Source: Spirochaetia bacterium (lineage in GTDB: Bacteria; Spirochaetota; Spirochaetia; SZUA-6; Bin103). From it: a stretch of DNA of 64,000 nt. A model generated the notes under the pieces. The model was not told where the DNA came from. It saw nothing but the letters and a program-made list of their open reading frames with translations, and made no database searches. Shown here one piece after another: positions 28,419-37,911 of this stretch. The position numbers and the translations under genes were made by a program. The stretch spans positions 576,001-640,000 of the forward strand of contig CBDBOV010000002.1 in assembly GCA_965208575.1 (NCBI GenBank), written 5' to 3'. Each line of letters begins with the position of its first letter. Positions within the stretch are counted from its first letter, which is position 1.

Positions 28419-28879
28419 GGATATAGTCCTTTCAGGAGGTGGCGGATGATCTGATATTCGGCGCTGCTGATAGACGGCTGCAGGCGCTGCAGCGATCGCT
28501 CGGCGTCTTGCCGCGACACCTGTCCAAGCCTGGCAAGCTCATAGAGCAGAAGGCCGGGGACCACACAGGGGATGCCCAGCGTCGTCAGGTGATTGATCAG
28601 CCGTCGGTCGTCGGTCCCCACGCAGTCGAAGGTTCCGGCGCGATAGACGGTCGCGAGAGCGTTGTCCCCGGACTCTCCCGCGGCCGCCCGTACCTCGATG
28701 CGGCGCGCTGCGATGTTCTTCGCAATAAGTTCGGACGAGGCATGGCCGGAGCCTTGGGCCACGACCTCTTGCACGACAGCCTCCGGGACAATCACCTTGA
28801 AGGCTCCGACGGCGCTCTCCTTGAATCCCGCCCGGGTGACCTTGATGAGGCAGTCCGCGTCCATCAGCACGCGCAGCAT
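28415..28879 (-). CDS. PIN-domain putative toxin
   Basis: VLMDADCLI, VPEAVVQE, GDNAL, GTDDRRL; TACAAT 7 nt upstream. Confidence 0.8.
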   Translation of the reverse strand: MLRVLMDADCLIKVTRAGFKESAVGAFKVIVPEAVVQEVVAQGSGHASSELIAKNIAARRIEVRAAAGESGDNALATVYRAGTFDCVGTDDRRLINHLTTLGIPCVVPGLLLYELARLGQVSRQDAERSLQRLQPSISSAEYQIIRHLLKGLYP

Positions 28880-28985
28880 GTAGCGGATTGTAGCGGATAC
28901 ATGACGCAGCGGCAAGCAGGGCAAGCCTCCACCCTGCCTCCACCCGGCCGTCGCTTCTCCGCGATTCTGTGCAATGATTTGGGAC

Positions 28986-31370
28986 ATGAGGTTGTGGTAC
29001 AAGGCGCCCGCGAGGGAGTGGTTGGAAGGATTGCCGATCGGCACGGGGCGGCTGGCGGCGATGGTGCTCGGCACCTTCCGGCGGGAACGCGTCGCGCTGA
29101 ATCACGAGTGCCTGTGGAAGGGGGTGAACCGCAACCGGGACAACGCCGTGAGCAGGGATGCGCTGCCGGAAGTGCGGCGCCTGCTGCTGGCGGGCAACTA
29201 CGTGGACGGGACGCGCGCCGCCCGGGACGCGTTCGGCGGCGGTGGCGGCGGCAGCGGGCGCCCGCAGCGGGTGGACCCGTACCAGCCCGCCGGCGACCTG
29301 CACCTGGAGCTGCTAACCCCCGGTCCCATTGCCGATTACCGCAGGGAGCTGGATCTGGATACGGCCAGTGCGACGGTGTCGTATCTGGCCGGGGGCCGCC
29401 GGTTCACCCGCCAGTACGTCGCGCACCTGGTCGAGGACCTGGTCCTGGTGCGGCTGACCCACGACGGCGAGCCGTTCGACTGCGTGGCGTGGCTCGACCG
29501 CACCCACGATCACGACTGCGAACTCACCTTCACCACCGAGGCGCCGGCCATGGATGGCGCCGGCACCGGTGCCGGCGGCGGCGCCGCCGGTGCGGGCGAG
29601 GCGGACGCGGCGGCGTGCCTGACCATGACCGGGGACATTCGCGGCGGCGTGGATTTCCGGGTGCGCGGTGAGGTGTGGTGCCGGGGCGGGCGGCGGCGCG
29701 TCGTCGATGGGCGCAAGCTGCTGTGCGAAGGGGTCACCGAGGCGCTGTTCGCGGTCGACATCGGCGTGTCGGCGTTCGGCAGGTCCGCCGCCGACGAGTG
29801 CGGGGCGCGGCGGCTGCGCCCCGCACTTGCATCGGATGCGGGCGCCTGGGACGACCTGCTGCGGACTCACGTCAGCGAGCACGAGCGCCACTTCGGCAGC
29901 ATGCGGCTCGACCTGGCGCTGCCGGACACCGACGTGGCCGGCCTGCCCACCGACGAGCGCATCCGGCGCGTGCGGGAGGGGCAGCCGGACCCCGGCCTGG
30001 CGCTGCTGTACTTCCACTACGGGCGCTACCTGCTGTGCGCCTCCTCGGCCACCGCCGCGCTGCCGGCCAACCTGCAGGGCAAGTGGAACGAGGACCTGCA
30101 GCCGCCCTGGGAGAGCGATTACCACCACGACATCAACCTGCAGATGAACTACTGGATCGCCGAGCCGGCCGGCATGCAGCGCTACGTGGAGGCGCTGCTG
30201 CAGCACATCGAACGCTTCGTGCCGCACGCCCGCAAGGCGGCCATGGACCTGTACGGCTGCCGCGGCGTCTGGTACCCGATCCAGACCGACGCCTGGGGCC
30301 GCTCGACGCCGGAATCGTACGGCTGGGCGGTGTGGATCGGGGCCGCCCCGTGGCTGGCGCAGCACGTGTGGTGGCACTGGGAGTACGGGCACGACGCCTG
30401 CTTCCTGCGCACCCGCGCCTACCCCTTCTTCAAGGAGGTGGCGGCGTTCTACGAGGACTACCTGGTCGAAGATGACGCCGGCGTGTTGCAGATCGTGCCG
30501 TCGCAGTCGCCCGAGAACCGCTTCGTCGGCGACGGCGGCCCGCCGGTGAGCATCTGCGTGTCGGCGACCATGGACGTGATCCTGGCCCGCGCGGCCTTCG
30601 ACTACGCGGTCCGCTCGGCCGAGATCCTGGACGTCGACCCCGAGTTGCGCCGCCGCTGGCGCGGCATGGCGGCGCGCCTGCCGGAACTGCAGATCGGCCG
30701 CCACGGCCAGTTGCAGGAGTGGAACGAGGACTTCGACGAGGTGGAGCCATCGCACCGGCACGTCTCCCACCTGGTCGGGCTGCACCCCGGCGACCTGCTG
30801 GACCCGGAGCGCACCCCCGAGCTGTGGCGGGCGGCCGAGGTGAGCCTGGAGCGGCGGCTGGCCGCCGGCGGCGGCCACACCGGCTGGAGCCGGGCGTGGA
30901 CCGCCTGCCTGTTTGCCCGGCTGGGCCGCGGCGAGGACGCCTGGGAACACCTGAACCACCTGATCACCGACTTCGCCACCGACTCGCTGCTGGACCTGCA
31001 CCCGCCGCGCATCTTCCAGATCGACGGCAACCTGGGCGGTGCCGCGGCGGTGATCGAAATGCTGCTGCACAGCTACCGCGGCGAGCTTCACCTGCTGCCG
31101 GCCCTGCCGGCGGCGTGGCCGGAGGGCCGCGTGTCCGGCCTGCGGGCGCGCGGCGGCGTTACCGTAGCGATGGCGTGGCGCAACGGCGAGCTGGTCGAGG
31201 CGACGCTGGAAGGCTGCGTCGCCGGCCCCTGCACCATCCTGCACGCCCCCGTACACTGGCAGGTCACCGACACCGCCGGCCGCGCCGTGCCCATCATCCG
31301 CACCGGCCACCGCATCACCTTTCACCTCGCCCCCGGCGAACACCGCCACTTGCAAGAGGGCCACGACTGA
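28986..31370 (+). CDS. GH95 alpha-L-fucosidase-like glycoside hydrolase, copy 1
   Basis: LWYKAPAREW.EGLPIGTGRL, YGRYLL, NLQGKWN, INLQMNYW, HRHVSHL, TGWSRAW, FQIDGNLG, LLPALP. Confidence 0.93.
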   Translation: MRLWYKAPAREWLEGLPIGTGRLAAMVLGTFRRERVALNHECLWKGVNRNRDNAVSRDALPEVRRLLLAGNYVDGTRAARDAFGGGGGGSGRPQRVDPYQPAGDLHLELLTPGPIADYRRELDLDTASATVSYLAGGRRFTRQYVAHLVEDLVLVRLTHDGEPFDCVAWLDRTHDHDCELTFTTEAPAMDGAGTGAGGGAAGAGEADAAACLTMTGDIRGGVDFRVRGEVWCRGGRRRVVDGRKLLCEGVTEALFAVDIGVSAFGRSAADECGARRLRPALASDAGAWDDLLRTHVSEHERHFGSMRLDLALPDTDVAGLPTDERIRRVREGQPDPGLALLYFHYGRYLLCASSATAALPANLQGKWNEDLQPPWESDYHHDINLQMNYWIAEPAGMQRYVEALLQHIERFVPHARKAAMDLYGCRGVWYPIQTDAWGRSTPESYGWAVWIGAAPWLAQHVWWHWEYGHDACFLRTRAYPFFKEVAAFYEDYLVEDDAGVLQIVPSQSPENRFVGDGGPPVSICVSATMDVILARAAFDYAVRSAEILDVDPELRRRWRGMAARLPELQIGRHGQLQEWNEDFDEVEPSHRHVSHLVGLHPGDLLDPERTPELWRAAEVSLERRLAAGGGHTGWSRAWTACLFARLGRGEDAWEHLNHLITDFATDSLLDLHPPRIFQIDGNLGGAAAVIEMLLHSYRGELHLLPALPAAWPEGRVSGLRARGGVTVAMAWRNGELVEATLEGCVAGPCTILHAPVHWQVTDTAGRAVPIIRTGHRITFHLAPGEHRHLQEGHD

Positions 31371-31418
31371 CCGGCGCCATGCCTTGGCAAGAGCCAAGCC
31401 ACAGGTCAACATCGTGGG

Positions 31419-31688
31419 ATGCGGATCGAGTGGGACGAGGACAAGAATCAACGTCTCCTTGCGTCGCGCGGTATTTCCTTCGAGGTGGTCGAGGAAATCC
31501 TCGCCGAAGGGGTATACGAGATCAGACCTCACTCGGATCAAGCGCGCTATCCGGGTCAGGTGCTCCTACTCTTCGAGTTCCGGGAACACACGTGGGTGTG
31601 CCCTGCCGATAGCCGAGCCGGCCGCATGACGCTGACGACGATCTATCCGTTCCGCAAGTACCACCGCGAATGGGGGAGGAATGGCTGA
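31419..31688 (+). CDS. BrnT/DUF4258-like toxin
   Basis: IEWDEDKNQRL...RGISFE, HSDQARYPGQ, TIYPFRK. Confidence 0.75.
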   Translation: MRIEWDEDKNQRLLASRGISFEVVEEILAEGVYEIRPHSDQARYPGQVLLLFEFREHTWVCPADSRAGRMTLTTIYPFRKYHREWGRNG

Positions 31689-31977
31689 TTCACCGCTTAC
31701 CTATATCGATGACGACGAGCGTGAGCTGATCGACAGTATCGAGGGTCCGCCGCAGCTCGGCCAGCCGCTCGAACCGGAGGAGGAGCGCAGAATTCGGGAA
31801 CTGCTCATGGTTGCCGCGCGCAGGAAACCCAAGGATACGAAGATCACCATGAGTATATCGTCCGATGATCTGTTGGCCATCAAGGCACTGGCCCGCCGGC
31901 TCGGGGTCGAGTATCAGCCGCTCATCCCCGAGGCAATCCACCAGGATGCACATGGCCGGCTGAGGCGCTCCGGTTGA
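31681..31977 (+). CDS. CopG/BrnA-like antitoxin
   Basis: KITMSISSDDLLAIKALA..LGVEYQPLI; overlaps toxin stop. Confidence 0.75.
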   Translation: MADSPLTYIDDDERELIDSIEGPPQLGQPLEPEEERRIRELLMVAARRKPKDTKITMSISSDDLLAIKALARRLGVEYQPLIPEAIHQDAHGRLRRSG

Positions 31978-31994
31978 CACCGCTGACACCCTGG

Positions 31995-32108
31995 CGACGC
32001 CGCGAGTTCCTCGACGAGTGGTCCGATCAGCCGGTCCAGGTCAGGGATCTCGTCATTGAGCGTCAGGATGCGGTCGCGCCAGCGCTTTGAGCGCGATCTT
32101 CGCCGAGG
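31995..32108 (-). pseudogene. IS110-like transposase fragment
   Basis: AKIALKALA/RILTLNDEIPDLDRLIGPLVEEL. Confidence 0.5.
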
Positions 32109-32140
32109 TAGTAACCGATTACAGAAAATGACCGAAATGA

Positions 32141-32905
32141 TCAGCTCGAAAGACGTGCCGTAATCCTAAGCGAAGGCGCTGCGTACGCGGCGGCATGCGC
32201 CAGAGTTCCAGGCGCAGCGCAAGAGTCACCTACCGGATATTCGGCACAATGCAGCACCACCATACCCAATCGGGACAGTTGTCCGACAACGCTTGATAGC
32301 GAATGCATCCACTCGCGCGGACCGGGCTTCCTAATTATGCGATTTCCATCGGACCAGATCCATTTACGAATCGGCTTTCTCTCCGCTCCATCTTGAAATA
32401 AGCTCCTCACAGAGTAGCCACGACCGTCCCAACTATCAACATCCAAGTTGGCTGCTCCCGGGTTTGCAAATTCCAAAACATACCAACCGCCGGGCTTAAG
32501 CACATGTGCCACGCCACCGAACGACCTCCAGGGGTCCGGAACAAAATTGATGGACCACGCGTGCCAAACAAGGTTGAACGTATTCGCCGAAAACCGTTCA
32601 AGCTCACGCATGTCCCCCAACTCTAGTTGAACATCGTATCCAAAGTGTAACGCCGCCTCCCGATCTCTCTCCAACTGATTCTCGGAAAAATCCAACACTG
32701 TAACCCTGGATCCGAGTAGCCCGAACACAGCGCCATGCTGACCTCCTCCGCCGGCAAGGCAAAGCACGCTCGATCCTGTTACACACTCGTAAATATTTGC
32801 CGTCCCATATATTTCCAAAGCACTGTCATATGTAAGCTCGAACCATGGCCTAGAGAAGCCAACACCAGCGGCGCTAAGAAGAAGCGATGGTCGTGGGCGT
32901 TCCAA
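32141..32905 (-). CDS. Class I SAM-dependent methyltransferase, low GC, 5' end possibly damaged
   Basis: VLCLAGGGGQ, VTVLDFSENQL, GDMREL, VLKPGG. Confidence 0.8.
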   Translation of the reverse strand: MERPRPSLLLSAAGVGFSRPWFELTYDSALEIYGTANIYECVTGSSVLCLAGGGGQHGAVFGLLGSRVTVLDFSENQLERDREAALHFGYDVQLELGDMRELERFSANTFNLVWHAWSINFVPDPWRSFGGVAHVLKPGGWYVLEFANPGAANLDVDSWDGRGYSVRSLFQDGAERKPIRKWIWSDGNRIIRKPGPREWMHSLSSVVGQLSRLGMVVLHCAEYPVGDSCAAPGTLAHAAAYAAPSLRITARLSS

Positions 32906-32954
32906 GTGGTAACCGTGGGGATACGTATGGCAACTCTATAGGATACTTTAGTAA

Positions 32955-33513
32955 TAGCGACGTGTGCGTGACCTCGGCCAACGTGTACCGCATCATCGAG
33001 CGGCTGCCGCAGCGCGAGATCCTGTTCGTGCCCGACCGGCTGATGGCGGCCAACATCGCCCGCGAGATGGCGGCGCGCGGCATCGACAAGGTAATCCACA
33101 GCTCCGACGGCACCTGCCTGGTGCACGACCAGTTCACCGCCGGCGCCATCGAAGAGGCGCGCACACGGTTTCCGGGAGTCAAGGTGGTGAGCCACCCGGA
33201 GTGCACGCCGGAGGTGACCGCGGCCAGCGACTTCGTCGGCAGCACCGGCAAGATGATGGAGTACGTGCGCGACACCGACGCCACCTACTTCATGCTGCTC
33301 ACCGAGTGCGGCCTGGTGAGCCGGGTGGAGGTCGAGAACCCCGGCAAGCAGTTCGTCGGCTCCTGCCGCCTGTGCCCGCACATGAAGCGCAACAGCCTGC
33401 AGAAGATCCGCGACGTGCTGGTCGATCCGCAGCCGCACCAAATCATCGAGCTCGACGAGACGGTGCGGGTGGCGGCGCTGCGCTCCATCGACCGGATGTT
33501 CGAATTGACGTGA
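32955..33513 (+). pseudogene. nadA: Quinolinate synthase C-terminal half
   Basis: SDVCVTSAN, ILFVPD, CLVHDQF, SHPEC, FVGSTG, LTECGL, CPHMK; N-terminal half replaced by low-GC DNA. Confidence 0.88.
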
Positions 33514-33974
33514 TCCCGTTGTCGGCGCGGCGGGTCATCGAGACCGCCCTGGAGGAGGATCTGGGGCTGGGCGATGTCACCGGCAGCGCCGTGGTGCCGG
33601 CCGGCAGCGAGTGCCGGGTGGCGGTGGTGGCGCGCGAGGCGCTGGTGGTGTGCGGCGCCGAGATCGCCGCCGCCGTGTTCTGGCGCCTCGACGCCGACCT
33701 GAACGTGGAGCCGGCGCTCGCCGACGGCGCCGACGCCGGCCCCGGCGACCGCGTGCTGTACGTTTCGGGCGCCGCGCGGCCGATCCTGGCGGCAGAGCGC
33801 ACCGCCCTCAACCTGCTGCAGCACCTGTCCGGCATCGCCACCACGACCCGCGCCTATGCCGACCGGCTGCGCGGCACCGCGGCGGCGGTGTGCGACACGC
33901 GCAAGACCACGCCCGGCCTGCGCGAGCTGGAGAAGTACGCGGTGCGCTGCGGCGGCGGGCGCAACCACCGCGCC
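33510..33974 (+). pseudogene. nadC: Quinolinate phosphoribosyltransferase, 5' part
   Basis: ALEEDLGLGDVT, AERTALNLLQHLSGIATTT, DTRKTTPGLR..EKYAVRCGGGRNHR. Confidence 0.92.
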
Positions 33975-34931
33975 GTGGACGCCATCGTGCGCGACGGGCC
34001 GCGCTTGGTGCGCGAGCTGCTGATCGACGACCTGCAGGTGGCGTTCGACCGCGACGCCGGCGGCGCGCTCCGCTTCACCCGCGAGGCGTCGCACTCCCGG
34101 CACCGCATCATCTACGCCAAGGACCATACCGGGCGCGCCATTCTGACCGCCCTGCACCGGCGGCTGGCGGAGCTGGCCGCGGCCGGCACCCTGCCCGGCG
34201 GCGGCAGCCTGACCGTGGCCACCGGCTGCTTCGCCGTCGACCTGCTCACCCTGTCGCACAGCTCGGTGGACTTCCTGGACCGCTACCGGCCGCTGAGCTG
34301 CATCGGCGCGCACGTACTGGACGTGGCCGCCGGCGAGGTGCGTCCGATCATGGCCAAGAAGACCGTCCTGGCCACCGGCGGCCTCGGCCAGGTCTACCTG
34401 CACAGCACCAACGACGCCGGCGCCTACGGCCACGGCGTGGCGATGGCCTACCGGGTCGGCGCGCGCGTCATCAACATGGAGTACGTGCAGTTCCATCCCA
34501 CCGTGTTCCACCGCCGCGGCGAGCGCCCGTTCCTGATCTCGGAGGCGGTGCGCGGCGAGGGCGGCGTGCTGATCAACCAGCAGGGCGAGGCCTTCATGGA
34601 GCGCTACCATCGCGACGGCTCGCTGGCGCCGCGCGACGTGATCTCCCGCTCCATCCACTCCGAGCTGCTGCGCGGGGCCAGCGACACCGTGTACATCGAC
34701 TTGGCCGGCGTCGACGCCGACTATGCGCGGCGCCGCTTCCCCACTATCAACGCCCGCCTGCTGGCCGCCGGCGTCGACATGACCCGCGAGCCGATCCCGG
34801 TGGTGCCGGCGGCGCACTACTCGTGCGGCGGCATCCACACCGACATGGCCGGCGACACCAACATCGCCCACCTGAGCGCCATTGGCGAGACCGCCTGCAC
34901 CGGCCTGCACGGCGCCAACCGGCTGGCCAGC
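33975..34931 (+). pseudogene. nadB: L-aspartate oxidase internal fragment inserted in nadC
   Basis: TREASHSRHRI, LATGGLG, MEYVQFHPT, LISEAVRGEG, LAPRDV, PAAHYSCGG, GETACTGLHGANRLAS. Confidence 0.92.
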
Positions 34932-35026
34932 ACCACCGCGCCTCGCTGGCCGACTGCGTCATGATCAAGGACAACCACATCGCGGTGGCCGGCGGCGTCG
35001 CCGCCGCGGTACGGCGCGCCCGCTGA
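34932..35026 (+). pseudogene. nadC: nadC continuation, then truncated
   Basis: HRASLADCVMIKDNHIAVAGGVAAAVRRAR*. Confidence 0.88.
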
Positions 35027-35140
35027 GCGCGTAGGAGTCGCTCTTGAAGTCGGCGCAGCGCGCATGGCGGAGGCATGCCGCGTCCTGCGTGACGCGCTCG
35101 GTTGTTGACGCCGCGCGGCGACATCCTGATTCAGGTGCGG

Positions 35141-35450
35141 TCAGGGGCGCGGGCGGGTGCGGTCGAGGGAGTCGTTGCGGTAGTGGCAGCCGGCGCTGCG
35201 CGGGTTGCGCAAGGCGGCGTAGGTGATCAGCAGCGCGGTCTGCACGGCGTTGCGCAGCGCCAGCAGGCGCGGGGTGAGGGCGTTGTCGGCGTAGAAGCCG
35301 TCGATCTCGCTCTTCAGCTCGCGCAGCATGTTGCCGGCGCGGTCCAGGCGCTTGGCGGTGCGCACCAGCCCGACGTAGTGCCACATGGTGTTGCGGATCA
35401 CGCCCAGATCCTGGGTGATCAGTTCGTCGTCCGGCTCGGCGGACGCCATC
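35141..35450 (-). pseudogene. nadB: L-aspartate oxidase C-terminal fragment, inverted
   Basis: IRNTMWHYVGLVRT, LRNAVQTALLI..AALRNPRSAGCHY. Confidence 0.82.
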
Positions 35451-35746
35451 TCTGCGCCGCGCAACCGATCGTCACCGGCATCATGGCAAACAACAACCAG
35501 AACCGTACGCTGAGTAATCGGCAACGTGGTCAACGCAACGAGCAAGCGCATGCGGAATCGCGGCTCGCCCAAGGTGAACGGGCAGACCCTTGTCGGCATT
35601 TCGAAACTCGTCCTTGGCTGAAACTTCGCTCCGTTCGGCTGACGCGAGAGCCGCATCTGTGGCACAGTGACAACTGAGAGTTCTCGTGAACATGTGTCGC
35701 AAACCAAGCCGATCTTGTCGGCAGGTGAACCACTCCGAGTAGTACC

Positions 35747-36154
35747 ATGCAAGTCGAGACTCTGCGGCGCAGACTCCGCGTGCTGGTCGCCAAGACCCCG
35801 GTGGTAGGCGTTGTCCTGTCCGTCGCCACCCTGTACGGACTGTGGCTGGTGGCGACCACGACAGCCGTCCCGGAGCTCATTTCGGCGACGGCGCAACCGT
35901 CGGACAACGGCGTGTTCTTCGCCGATTTCCCTACCACGCCCGGCACCTCCATAGTGCGCGTATCGATCGTCGACGGCAACGGAGAGAGATTCGAGGCGAA
36001 GCTGCTCCGTCGCGAGAGCACGACGGCACGAACCCAGATCTGGGCCCGCTCGGACGGCCGGATCGCAACACCGGGCGCCACTATGGAACTTGCCGTAGGT
36101 GAGCGATCTTTGCTCAGCTACGCCGTTGCGGTGCTGTTTCGGCGGGACGAATGA
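35747..36154 (+). CDS. Small membrane-anchored protein coupled to the ABC exporter
   Basis: N-terminal TM helix; ATGA overlap with next gene. Confidence 0.6.
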   Translation: MQVETLRRRLRVLVAKTPVVGVVLSVATLYGLWLVATTTAVPELISATAQPSDNGVFFADFPTTPGTSIVRVSIVDGNGERFEAKLLRRESTTARTQIWARSDGRIATPGATMELAVGERSLLSYAVAVLFRRDE

Positions 36155-37911
36155 GCTCGGATCTCGAGCCCGCCGACAGAGCGGAGTACCGAAGCCGCTT
36201 GGCGTTCGCCTGGTGGATAGCGCGCGGCGACCGCATGGCGTGGGTTACGTCGCTGGTCAACGCCCTGTTCACCCACTTCTTCCGTGCTCTGCTGCCCATC
36301 GTGTACGCGCTCGTCGTCGATCAGGTTATGACCCACCGCGATCTGTCGCTGGTCCCGGCGCTGGCGTTGTGCTTCGCGATGATGCTAGGCGCGAACGAAG
36401 GGTTGTTCGCCATCGGCCACGTCTCCTGGGTCTACAAGGTCACCGACTTCGACGCCAAGGTACGTCGGCGCATATTCCACCGCATTCTCTCGGCCAGGAG
36501 CGAGTCACTCGAACGCCGGAAGACCGGGGACTTGGCCGAGACGGTCGAGGCCGATGCGCAGCAGATCACTTGGTACGTCGACGTGTTCGGCATCTGGATA
36601 CCGGACGCGTTCATCGGTCTGGTCATCGCGTTGCTGTTCATGGGAGCCATCAGTCCGCTCCTGGCGCTCCTGGCCGCCATAGCGGCACCCCTTACCGCTT
36701 TCCTGTCCCATTTGATTGGACTGCGCGGGCGCCGCGTAGCCGACGCCTATCGCACTCGGTACGGCGGCTACTCAAGCTGGCTGTTCGAGATCATTCGCGG
36801 CGCGGCCGACCTTCAGCAGATGGGAGCCACCACCACCGTGGCGCGCTGGCTGGTGGCCCGACTGCGGGGGTTGATCCACCTCAAGGTGAGGCAGTCTCTG
36901 GTGGAGCTTTCCTCGGAGCGGGTTCGCGAACTGGTCGCGACAGTGCTGGAGATTGCCTTTTTCGTGGCGGTCAGTGCGCTGGTACTGTCCGACCGGCTGA
37001 CGATCGGCGGATACATCGCGGCGGCGACCTACTTCCTGACCGCCCGCGCCGAGCTCAGCGAGATCAGCGACGACCTGTTCGGGATGCGCATCTACTCGGT
37101 CGGGGTGGACCGAATCCGCGAGGTGTTGGATCTGCCGCCCGAGCACGACCGCGGTCCGGCCCTCGACGCTGCCCCGCGAGCGGTAGTCTTCGATGACGTC
37201 CGGTTTCGTTACCGCCGGGACGTTCCGGTGCTGGACGGCATCTCATTGCGGGTCGAGCCGGGAGAGCAGGTGGCGATCGTCGGCGGCAGCGGCGCCGGCA
37301 AGTCGTCGATTGTTACGCTGCTCGCACGGTTGCGTGACCCCGATACCGGCTCGGTCATGATCGGTGACCATGACATCGCACACTATTCCCGCACGTCGGT
37401 GCGCAGATGGTTCGGATTCGTGCAGCACGATCCGCTGATATTCAGCGACACGGTGCGCGCCAACCTCTGTCTGGAGCCGAGTGAGGATACCGGCGGTGTC
37501 GCCGACGAGTTGCTGTGGGAGGCCTGCCGGGTTGCGCAGATCAGTGACACCGTGCGCACCTTCGAGGACGGCCTGGACACGTCTATCGGATCCGAAGGGC
37601 GTACGCTTTCGGCGGGCGAGAAGCAGCGGCTGGAGCTGGCCCGGGTGCTGCTCCGGCAACCGACCGTGCTGGTGATCGACGAGGGGCTTTCCGCCGTCGA
37701 TCCCGACACCGAGCGCTCCATCTACCGCGGGCTGTTCGGTGCCGACCAGCGATGGTCGACCATCATCATCGCCCATCGGCTCAGTTCGATCATCGATTGT
37801 AAGCGCATCATGGTCCTGGACGGCGGGGTTATCGCCGCAACCGGTTCGCACCATACACTGATGCGTGGTTGCGCAGCCTATCAGCGGCTCTTCCGGGAGC
37901 AGACCGAGTGA
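36151..37911 (+). CDS. ABC exporter, fused permease/ATPase
   Basis: TM domain, GGSGAGKS, LSAGEKQRL, IDEG, IAHRLS. Confidence 0.92.
   Translation: MSSDLEPADRAEYRSRLAFAWWIARGDRMAWVTSLVNALFTHFFRALLPIVYALVVDQVMTHRDLSLVPALALCFAMMLGANEGLFAIGHVSWVYKVTDFDAKVRRRIFHRILSARSESLERRKTGDLAETVEADAQQITWYVDVFGIWIPDAFIGLVIALLFMGAISPLLALLAAIAAPLTAFLSHLIGLRGRRVADAYRTRYGGYSSWLFEIIRGAADLQQMGATTTVARWLVARLRGLIHLKVRQSLVELSSERVRELVATVLEIAFFVAVSALVLSDRLTIGGYIAAATYFLTARAELSEISDDLFGMRIYSVGVDRIREVLDLPPEHDRGPALDAAPRAVVFDDVRFRYRRDVPVLDGISLRVEPGEQVAIVGGSGAGKSSIVTLLARLRDPDTGSVMIGDHDIAHYSRTSVRRWFGFVQHDPLIFSDTVRANLCLEPSEDTGGVADELLWEACRVAQISDTVRTFEDGLDTSIGSEGRTLSAGEKQRLELARVLLRQPTVLVIDEGLSAVDPDTERSIYRGLFGADQRWSTIIIAHRLSSIIDCKRIMVLDGGVIAATGSHHTLMRGCAAYQRLFREQTE

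Noticed and set aside
29313-31541. Long antisense ORFs opposite GH95, GH31, ppk1 and the ABC genes
   Set aside because: Expected stop-poor shadow frames of high-GC3 coding sequence; no motifs
32964-34964. 666-aa ORF as a genuine NadC-NadB fusion enzyme
   Set aside because: Its N-terminus is off-frame nadA sequence, NadC lacks its C-terminal part and NadB lacks both termini; it is a by-product of the insertion
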